Below, piece by piece: positions 52,952 to 64,000 of a stretch of DNA of 64,000 nucleotides (positions within the stretch are counted from its first letter, which is position 1; each line of letters begins with the position of its first letter). The notes beneath the pieces were generated by a model. The model saw only the letters and a program-made list of their open reading frames with translations, made no database searches and was not told where the DNA came from. The position numbers and the translations under genes are program-made. This DNA is from Octopus sinensis (lineage: Eukaryota), in the NCBI RefSeq assembly GCF_006345805.1, contig NC_043013.1, forward strand, positions 32,736,001 through 32,800,000. Reading direction: 5' to 3'.

Positions 52952-53239
52952 ACACATACACACACACATACATACATACATATATATATATATACACGCA
53001 CGTACGCACACACATATAGTCTGACACTAACTGAAGGATCATACAGTATATTTATGCAGTGTATCATAAATATTATAAGTTTAGTAGGGAGTGGTTGATG
53101 TCGAAACTTCAGCTCAGTCGCCTTCATCACACAAACTTCGAAGCCCGATTTTTCTTGTATCATTATGTACATACGTATGCTTGCATGTATGTATATATAT
53201 ATCTGTTTATCTACTGCACATATATATTTACACAAACAA

Positions 53240-53286
<47 letters not shown>

Positions 53287-54378
53287 ATCAATCTACTTAT
53301 CTACTTATCTACCTATATAGCTACATGAATACATACACACACACACACACACACACATATTTTGTGTCGAAATAGCAGAGGAAGGAACAGATTGCTGACA
53401 ATGATTGGAATCACTTGACATCGCAAGTAGTTTCAGGGGAGGGATATTAGCGTTATATTCATATTCCTGCATGAAGCAAACGGCAAAAACAGCCAATAAT
53501 ATAATGAATAAAAATGGAATTAAATGAAATGAAGGCATTTCGAATATATAAAATTAAGTACGAAGAAAAAAGAATAGAAAAAAGCAAACAAAACCGAATA
53601 TAAACACCGCAGAGAAATATATAATTAGAAAATGTAACATGAAACATTAAACAGTAAAAAAATAAAAAAAGTAAAACATTACTGTTATAAGAACAACAAC
53701 AACAACAATAAAAAGTTACATTTACGACTACGACTACTGCTGATACTAAAAATTAAAATGATGATGATGGTGATAATAATAATAATGATGATGTGAAGCA
53801 TAGTTATAATGATGATGGAGACGACAATAAATTAATAAATATTAAAATATATAATGAAAATAAATGAGACAAAAAATTTTTTTTAGGTCTTTCGAAAACA
53901 AAAAACAAGAAAAACAACAATATTGATAATAACGACATTAACAAAGCAAAAAAAAAAAAGAAAGAAAGGAAAAAGGAAATTAACCAATAAAAACAACAGA
54001 AACAAAACGACCAAAACTGAAACAGCAACTATAAAAAAAAAACCTAGGAAGCAATGTTTAACAAAAGTCTCGTTAAAATTAAAACCCAAATATTGCTAAA
54101 GGCCTATAATTGTGTGTGTGTGTGTGTATGTATATCTATATATCATCATAATACATATATATATGTATTTATACATATATACATACATGCGTATGTCAAT
54201 ATCTATATTTTTGTATATATAATCATTAATCAAATATATGATTAAAATGCTTATAAAAAGGAAAAGAAATAATTAAAACATCTCATATAGAAATAAATAA
54301 TAAATAGATACATGCTGCCATACGAAAAACACACACGTACTCACACATGTGTGCAAATAATTTTATATGAATAGTTAT

Positions 54379-54432
<54 letters not shown>

Positions 54433-54485
54433 TTAAATGTATTTTTGTATACTAATGAATGGGAAGTTATGTCTAGAAAACATCA

Positions 54486-54591
<106 letters not shown>

Positions 54592-55242
54592 TTACGAACG
54601 TTTTTGAGTGTGTAGGTAATTGCGACAATATTTTAGATAGTTACTTTTTCCTCATTTAAATTCCATTGCTACTACTTATATTATATTAATATTTCTAATA
54701 TGAGTAATAAATAAACCGAGAAAGATTAATAAAAATACATATGAAGTGGCGTTATTATTTTTATTATTATTAGAGTTATTATAATATTAGAGGAAGAAGA
54801 TTATGACAGTTTACGGGGAGGAAAAATTAAAAAAAAAATTGTTTGCTACAAAATTAGTTCTTGATAAATGCTGAATGATAAAAGAAAACTAGTAAAAAAG
54901 TAAATATAACAAACCTATAAGGATATTAAAGCGTATAAGATACTAGCATATACAGAAACGCCTACATATATATATATATATATACACGCACACACATACA
55001 CATATATATCTGTGTGAGAATATGTACACACACGCACACAAACACACAAACACAAGTGTATATACATATATATTGATAGATCGAACAGAAGAAAAAAGAT
55101 ATATAAAGTTTTGTTATCAGTCTTATTAAGTATATAAGGTAACACGAGATCGCCACAAGGTTATATGATAACGAAATAATTGGCAATTGTTATATGTAAT
55201 GTGATATACATACATAGATTGCATTCTTATATACATACATAC

Positions 55243-55341
<99 letters not shown>

Positions 55342-55556
55342 CACACACATATATATAAATGTATGTATATATACATATATGTATATATATATATATATAC
55401 ATTATGTATCATATCTATCTCGCTATTTTAAGTACCATCTTTCTATTGATTTCTTTACCTATCTTTGTATGAGACTTCATATCCTCCTCCTGTTTAATTC
55501 TTCTCCTTCTCTCTTTCTATCTAGCACGTTCTCTACCTTATTTCCGTCTCTCTCTC

Positions 55557-55593
<37 letters not shown>

Positions 55594-56394
55594 TTCACTT
55601 GCTCTACATATATAATTGAGATATAAGAACGAGTGTGTGGAATGAATGAAAATTTGTGATAAATTATTGCAATATTTGATGAGGAATATGGGTAATGAAT
55701 ATTCCTTGAAGATGTATTTGAGACGTATTTGCTCATTCTTTTGAGGATCGAACCCTTCTTACATATCCGACTGATTTTTAACGGAGTAAGATCACGAATT
55801 TTAAATTTCATGATTCTTCAGCTCTTATCAGTTAATTGATCGTGCGCCTAGTAGAGGTCAGAAATGTGGTCAGAAAGAGAAGAGACATATTACGGCACGG
55901 AATTAGGAATGAAGAATTCAAGGAAGAAAAACATTAAATTTCAAACCAATAAAAATTATCAATGAGTCGCGGCTAGTACTTGTTGCATGGCAATATAACC
56001 GCTGATTGTTTTGAAAACAGATATATGTTATACTATTACTGTAGAACATCGAGATCAGCTTCGTTTTATAGCATACCCTACCTACCACATCGATTTCCAA
56101 ATCTGCTCAAAAGAGCAAAAATTCAGATATATGATTTTTTGCCAAACTAATTTGGCATTCCCATTTTGGGGCGAATGCTACTCTTGTTTAGCCCCAGGAG
56201 ACAACGTCTCAGGCTGGTTTTACGACACACGATCTGTGTTCTTATATTTTCGAACAGGTATATATATATATATGTATATATATAAAATGCAGAAAGGACA
56301 ATGAAACACCCGGACAGATAGACGATACAAAGGCGGACAGGAGAAACAACAATTAGATGGACAGGGAAAAGAAGACGGGTCATTCGTGGCCTTA

Positions 56395-56578
56395 GGCGCA
56401 GTCTTGGCTGTGTGGTAAGAAGCTTGCTTCTCAATCAGAGAGCTCTGAGTTCAGTCCCACTGCGTGGCACTTTGGGCAAGTGTCTTCTGACATTGCCTCA
56501 GGCCGACCAAAGCCGTGTGAGTGGATTTGTAGACGGTAACTAAAAGAAGCTCTTGGTACACCCTCACACACACACACA

Positions 56579-56630
<52 letters not shown>

Positions 56631-56864
56631 GCGCATATATGTATGTATCTATGTATGTGTGTTTCTGTGTATGTATTTGTTCTCCACCACCTATTGATAA
56701 CTGGTGATGATGTGTTTACGTCCCCCTAACCTAGCGGTTTGGCAAAAGAGACTTATAGAATAAGTGCTACGTCTCTAAAAATAGCAACGATTTGTTCGTC
56801 TAAAACACTTCAATGCAGTGCCCCTGCATGGCCGCAGTCAAATGACTGAAACAAATAAAAGAAT
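56395..56864 (+). mobile_element. SINE family A, full length with internal (CA)n
   Basis: Head GGCGCAGTCTTGGCTGTGTGGTAAG; tail GCATGGCCGCAGTCAAATGACTGAAACAAATAAAAGAAT. Confidence 0.9.
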
Positions 56865-57269
56865 ATATGTCCACCTTACCCAGCATATTAAGTTCTGTAT
56901 CAGTTAATGTTTGAACTACGTAATATCTATACGATAATAAAGAAAGCTGTTTACTTATTAGTTATGTAATTTTTACTAAAAGAAAACAATTATTAAATTC
57001 AAAACCGTCTAGAATCTTCTTAAAATATCCAATTTTAATATATAGTTTTTTTTTCTGTTTGTATTAAATTGTGTTTGTCAAGTTCTTTTATTACTGCAGA
57101 TTGCAACTACACGATTTAATCAGAAAACTAATTTTAATCCACTTCGATATAGTTTTTTAATGCCTTTCATCCTTCCCTCTTTGTTTTTTTGCTTCTCATA
57201 CATAAGGTGCGTTCCAGTTTTTTTAAAGAGAGACATTTATTAATTTCAAAGAAGTACACTCACTAAACT

Positions 57270-57790
57270 CCTGATTTTCCGCTTCAATGCACTTATTGTA
57301 GCGCCCCGGCCACTTCGTGAAGGCCTCTGAGAGTACTCTAAAGTGAAGATGTCCAGGTCTTTTGTCACAACCTACTTCATCTTCTAAACGATTGCTCCTG
57401 GGGTTGTCTTCAGCTTGGGAAACAAGTAAACGTTACAGTGAGCAAGGTCTGAACTGTAGAGAGGACAAGGGACAGTTTTAACGCCCTTCTCCATCAAGTA
57501 TTTGCTTACCAGAATGTTCGTCGCTGAAAACAGTGCGAACAAACTTTGCACAAAATTTGTGCATGTTCAGATCTTGATGAATAATTGAGTGTGCACTTTC
57601 AACATTAACTTCAAACCGTATGTTTATTGTCTTTATAAACACACCCCAGCCCCCATTCACAAAATTGCGAATTTTCTCAACCACCTCTGATGTTCTCATA
57701 CCTCTCATCGTCTCTCACATCCTCCCTATCATCCTTGGACTTCTTGAGCCAGTGACACCTTTAATCCCTATATAGTCTAGAGAACATCAC
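57270..57790 (-). pseudogene. mariner transposase remnant, internally deleted
   Basis: RTSEVVEKIRNFV..VESAHSIIHQDLNMHKFCAKFVRTVFSDE, then TVPCPLYSSDLAHCNVYLFPKLK (YSPDLAP motif) and EAFTKWPGRYNKCIE. Confidence 0.85.
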
Positions 57791-59710
57791 AATTTTCAGT
57801 AGCGGGTTTTCCCCAGTTTAACACAATACTTTATTGCATAGCGAGCTTTCTGCAAACTAGTCAGTTATGAAAGCAGCGTTTAGTAAGGTGTGTTCAATGA
57901 CTAGTACAGTGGTTGCCTTCAATTTGGAACAACGAATGATATGCTAAAATTATAATAATCTAGACCAGTCACAAATACCTCTCCTAAAATAGTCTAAAAA
58001 CGTCTGGAATGTACTGCGTACTATATGTTAATGACTCAAGTTATAGAATTTTGAGTTCTGCCTATTTCTTCTTGAACTACAAATGTTGCCCAGATATTTC
58101 CAGCGTTACTTTCTACAGACATAGAAAATCTCTAAACTATAACTCTAAATTATAATTTTAATACTGCGTCAGCCAAATTATGTTGATGACAGTATCCTTT
58201 CATATTTCTAGGGTTAATGAAATAGAAAGCCGAAGAAGAAAAATGTTTTTTAATTTACGTCAGTTGTACAAAATATAAACTTGTCTCATTTCCTTACGAC
58301 TAAAACATTTGGCTATCGTACATAATGTTTGTACATATTACTCATATAGTACACGATATTTGTTATATATTTCCGATAGTTAATACTACTTGCAGAGATC
58401 ACCAATGTTTGTGATGAACTGGAATTAAGAAAAAAAAAAGAAGAAAGAACGATCTCTCATTTCTGTACATCTATATTTGTGTGTTTATAGAAGTTATTAA
58501 TACTAAAACCTACAAATATTTATCGTCGGAAATGTAATACAGAGGAAATAGTAAGATATACAATCACATCTGTCAGAATCTATTGTAAGTTTTTCAATAT
58601 ATGTTTTTTCTAGTACATACTAGGTGTGCAGTGCAGTTCAATCTCATACAAACGTACTAACTCTTTCGATATGTATACATATGTTAAAGCGAGGAATTTA
58701 TGATGTGGCAAAGTTAACATAATACCTCATTTCTTTATAAATGCTAGAGCTGTCTTTCGGTTCTTGCTATTATCATTAATTTATTTAACGAGCGAATGTT
58801 ATTAGAAGAACAAAGCATTCAAAAGAAAATACGACGTGACATATAAAAGGAATAAAAAAGGTTACACAAAATGGGAATCAATTATACAAATACTATTTAA
58901 TAACCAGCTGAAAGGCGCCGCACTGTAAGGAATGTGCTTCTGCTAGTGTTTCTATCATGAGACCAACAATGTGGTTTTCTTGAAGTTTTGTGATAAAAAA
59001 ATGAAAATTTAATATAGTGAAGCCGGCGAGCTTCTAAATAGGTTTAAGAAGCTTTCTAGATTCCAGGCGAAAACACCTACCATCAGAAGTAAACAGTTCA
59101 AGAATTGGTAATCCATTCAAAACTGCTGGTTTCGGTGCGGACAGCGAGTTTGCAGCGTCCATGGAAGTAATGGTAGCAGCAATGGACGAACATAGTAGCA
59201 GCAATGGACGTTCATAGTAGCAACAGTCGTTCCTTAAATGTTAGCGGCAGTTGTCGCAGAGATCATAGAGGGCTAATGATATATCGAAACATGTCCTGAC
59301 ATATAGATATAAGAATATATCTTGCTGAATTTGTTAAGACGGAGAAAGGAAGAGTGTGAAATTTTGAGCAGTCAATATCTTCATGGTAAGTGCCTGCTGG
59401 ACTGGCAAAATCTTAGAAGCATCGGAAAACAGAAGTGCCTTGCGATATTTCTTCTACCTTGCTTTAGTTCTCACCTTAAATCCCGTCGAGGTAAACTTTT
59501 GCTTTGCACCGATTCACGGTCGTTACAATATGGGGCCAGTCAAGTATTAGTCAATTATTTCAATTAACCCATCAACTCAAAGGAAGCTCACCTCTTTTCT
59601 AAATCAGAAACCATTATTAACATTATCATCGTCATTGCAGCAATCATCAACTTCATCGCCGTCGTCAGCATCGTATTCTTTTTAACCATCATCATCATTA
59701 TTATTATGAA

Positions 59711-60439
59711 GGCGGCGAACTGGCAGAATTGTTAGCATGCTGAGCAAAATGCTTCTGACATTTCGTCCATCTTTACAGTTCAAATCCCGCCAAGGTCGAC
59801 TTTGCCTTTCATCATTCCGGGGTCAGTAAGGTACCAATGAAACATTGGGGAGTCGATGTAATCGATTAGTTCCCTCTCCCCAAAACTCAGGCCTTGTGCC
59901 TTTAGTAGAAACGGTTTGTTTTTTAAAGAGAAAGCGTTGACTTTGATGAGGTGGCAGATTTATTACTCCGTCGGAGAAAATGCCTTTCGGCGCTTTAAGT
60001 CCTCAGTTCAAATTCCACCAATATTAGCTTTGCCTTTCGTCTTTTTAAGGTCGATAAAATAAGGTATAAGTCAAGTACCGATATCGATGAAATCGACTGA
60101 TCCATTCCACTACCACCCAAATTCTGGTGCTGTACCGAAATTAAAAAGAACTGTTATTTGAAGGCAATATTATTATTATTGAAGCGGTTGATGTTTTTTT
60201 TTAGAGGTGGTGGTGATGATGCGGCTGAAAACATCATCATCATCTTCCTCTCCACCATCATCATCATCATTGCAGCATACATACCTTCAGTAATTATATT
60301 ATAATTATTAGTGTTATTATTACATTTTCTGATATTTTCTTTTCATATTTATATTTACATAAATTTATTTTTTCATTATAAATATATTCATATGTATTAT
60401 ATATAATACAATAACCAAGCTATTATTCACTACTACTAG

Positions 60440-60486
<47 letters not shown>

Positions 60487-60722
60487 TCTTGTCACTACTA
60501 AAGCGGCAAGCTGGCAGATTTGTTAACACATCAGGCAAAATGGTTAGCGGCGTTTCGTCCGTCTTAATGTTCTGAGTTCAAATTCCGCCGAGGTCAACGT
60601 TGCCTTTCAACCTTTCCGGGTTCGATAAATCAAGTACCAGTCAAGTTGCGGGGGTTAATGAAATTAAAAAACTCCTCCCCACAAATTCCAGGCCAAGACT
60701 TGTGCCTATAGTAGAAAGGATT
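59711..60722 (+). mobile_element. Cluster of three same-strand SINE family B copies (59711-59914, about 59950-60150, 60503-60722)
   Basis: Repeated GGCGGCGA(A/G)CTGGCAGA head and GTCGACTTTGCCTTTCATC domain. Confidence 0.85.
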
Positions 60723-60889
60723 ACTATTATTGTTACTATTATTTTTATTATTATTATTACTATGATCATCGTCATCGTCATCATCAGAATCATCATCATC
60801 AACTATGAAAAACTCCCAGGAAGCAATGTTTAACAAAAGTCTCGTTAAAATTAAAGCCTAAATATTTCTAAAGGCATAATTAACATCCT

Positions 60890-60907
60890 ACTCCTCCTTC
60901 TCATCAT

Positions 60908-60995
<88 letters not shown>

Positions 60996-61163
60996 ATCAT
61001 CATCATCATCCTCTTCATCATCATCATCACCATCGTCATCATCATCATTATCATCGTCATCGACAGCATCAACATCATCCTCCTCCCCTTCCTCCCACTC
61101 CCCTCCTCCTCCTCCTCCTCATCATCATCGTCATCGTCGTCGTCGTCATCATCGTCATCATTG

Positions 61164-61210
<47 letters not shown>

Positions 61211-61888
61211 GTCATGGACAGCATCAACATCCTCCTCCTCCTCCTCATCATCATCATCGTCATCATTATTGCCATCGACAGCTCGACAGCATCAGCATCC
61301 ACCTCGTGATCGTCCTCGTCCTCCTCATTATCATCGTCGTCACCGACAGCATCAACATCCTCCTTCTTCTCCTCCACCTCCTCCTCCTCGTCGTCGTCAT
61401 CGTCGTAATCACCACCACCATCATCATCATCATCATCATCAGCATCATCATCATCATCACCATCAGCGTGACTCTCATTGGGTATTGTTACGGTGTTATT
61501 ATTGTTATTCACTTATTCCAATTTTATTCGTATTTTATTTCTTTATTAATTTTATTTTCGAAATTTCTTATCTCAGGCACACCTTATGTGCTTTAATAGT
61601 TACTAAAGCTAAATTTAAATTAAAATCTGATGGGGGAAAAAAGAACAAATAAAAAACATTGTAAAAAAATCCTGAAAAGTAGTAATCGTAGTAATAGTAG
61701 AAATATTGGTAAATATTTAATACAGCTATTAATTGCATATTACTAGTGCATCTACAAACACCACCATCATCATTCCCATCATCATCATCATTATCAGCAA
61801 CAACAGCAGCAGCACCATCCTCACCTTCATTACCCACACCACTACCATGACAATCACCACAAAAAACCACGACTCCTCCTCCTTATTT

Positions 61889-61940
<52 letters not shown>

Positions 61941-61990
61941 GCTACTACTGCTAGTTGTAGTAGTAGTAGTAGTAATAGTAGTAGTAGTGC

Positions 61991-62035
<45 letters not shown>

Positions 62036-62665
62036 GTAAAAGCTAAAAATGGAAATTATATTGATAATGAAGATCACGGTGATAATAACAGTAATAATAA
62101 AATATGGCAATGATAAGAATATTGACGATTATGCTGATGATGATGGTAATAATGATGATGGTGACGATGACGATGAATATGATGGGGGACGAATGACGGC
62201 GACGACGACGATGACACTGATGATGATGATGATTATGATGATGGAGGATGATGATGATGATGATGGTGGTGATGATGATGATGATGATGATGATAATGAT
62301 GATAAAGATGATGGTAATGATGATGATGATGATGATGTTGATGATGATGATGACGATGGTGATGAGTTAACAATAATGGTAGGTGATAATATTAATGATA
62401 TTTGACAATGATGATGGTGATAAAGATATTGAGGAAGAAGATGACGACGCTGAAGATGAGGACGATAATAATAATAACAATATTATTATTATTATTATTA
62501 TCATTATTAGTATTATTAATAACAACAATAACAGTAACAGCAGAAACAACAACAACAACAGTAATAATGATAATAATAATAACAATAATAATGATATTAA
62601 TAATAGTAATAATAATAATAATAATGATAGTAATAATAACAATAATAATGATAACAATAATAATG

Positions 62666-62701
<36 letters not shown>

Positions 62702-62780
62702 TAATAATAATATTAATAATAATAATGAAAATAATAACAACAATGATTATTGTGAGGACAATAATGACAACACTGATGGT
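60890..62780. repeat. Compound (CAT/CGT/CCT), (CTA/TAG), (GAT) and (AAT) arrays
   Basis: Seen directly. Confidence 0.92.
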
Positions 62781-62915
62781 AAAAAGAATTTCATACCCTC
62801 CTCCCCTTACACGTTTCCACTCATCTTTGTATCAATCAAAACCAAATAAATTAACGAATACAAAGGTGACAAAACAAACATATATATATATATATACACA
62901 TATATGGACATATAT

Positions 62916-62959
<44 letters not shown>

Positions 62960-63599
62960 ATATATGTATATATCTATAGATATATATACATGGACACATA
63001 CACACACACACACATATATATCGAAATATAGATAAATAGACAAATAGATAGATAGTGTGATATATAGATAAATGTTTTGGAAAAGACTCTAAAATATATA
63101 AACAAAAGCGAAATATTGCAAAATGAGACGAAAAAATGTAACGAACAAAAGCCGGAAACCTGAATACACGCACACACACACATACACACGCACTGACACA
63201 CACACATATCTATATATGTATATATATACTATATGTAGATATACATACATAAGCTACATAAATGGCCCACCCCACCCGCACCCAGTCGAAAAAAAATCGA
63301 TACATAAATCGAAAATTCAATTACAATGTATCTTTTCATTTTCGAATGTTGTTTTCAAATGAAATAAAATAAGAAGTTTATGGTATATTATTAAAACTTA
63401 TCAGGCTTTGATAGATTAAAATAAAAATGAAAAATATATATATTAAAAAACAAAACAAACAACTATAAGAAAATAAAACAATACACGACAACAAAAGAAG
63501 TTTTAGTTATTATAATTGAATTAAATACATCTTTACAGATCAAAGCTTCGGTCACACACATATCTGCGTATGTATATATATATATATGTATATATATAC

Positions 63600-63640
<41 letters not shown>

Positions 63641-63690
63641 TGTGTATGTGAATATATATATATATATATGTGTGTGTGCGTGTGTACGAT

Positions 63691-63739
<49 letters not shown>

Positions 63740-64000
63740 GCATTTATATACATGCATATATATATATATACGTCCCACGTACACGTATTTGCGTGTGTAT
63801 ATATATATAATATATACATATATGTATTTACCCATATATGTATTTTTGTATACACGCACATACGTTCATACATGCGCACACGTGTATACATATATATATA
63901 TGCATGCATTGCACATAAATATACAAATATGGACCGGTATTAATGTATTCACCCAGACATATATAGATATAGATGCATAGATAGTGCACGTTTTTTTTAT

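Overview
AT-rich, microsatellite-saturated eukaryotic DNA. The repeat content is most consistent with an Octopus (coleoid cephalopod) intron or intergenic region; this assignment is my recognition of the repeat families, not a database result. I found no intact, nameable protein-coding gene, and almost every ORF in the track is a translation of simple repeats. The window holds many tRNA-derived SINE copies (at least 4 families) and decayed LINE 3' ends (R4/Dong-like, CR1-like, RTE-like). It also holds Tc1 and mariner transposase remnants, several MITE/foldback hairpins, a Helentron-associated (HINE)-type element, Penelope-type terminal repeats with hammerhead-ribozyme-like motifs, and a 100-N scaffold gap. 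The strongest leads are: (i) an R4/Dong-type element and a separate 555-bp non-coding element, both embedded in (TAA)n arrays; (ii) a minimal hammerhead motif with a palindromic stem III; (iii) LINE and SINE 3' tails that share a stem-loop with a conserved stem and variable loop; (iv) a foldback array next to a truncated Tc1 transposase. Weak splice-site-based exon candidates exist on both strands and are reported with low confidence.
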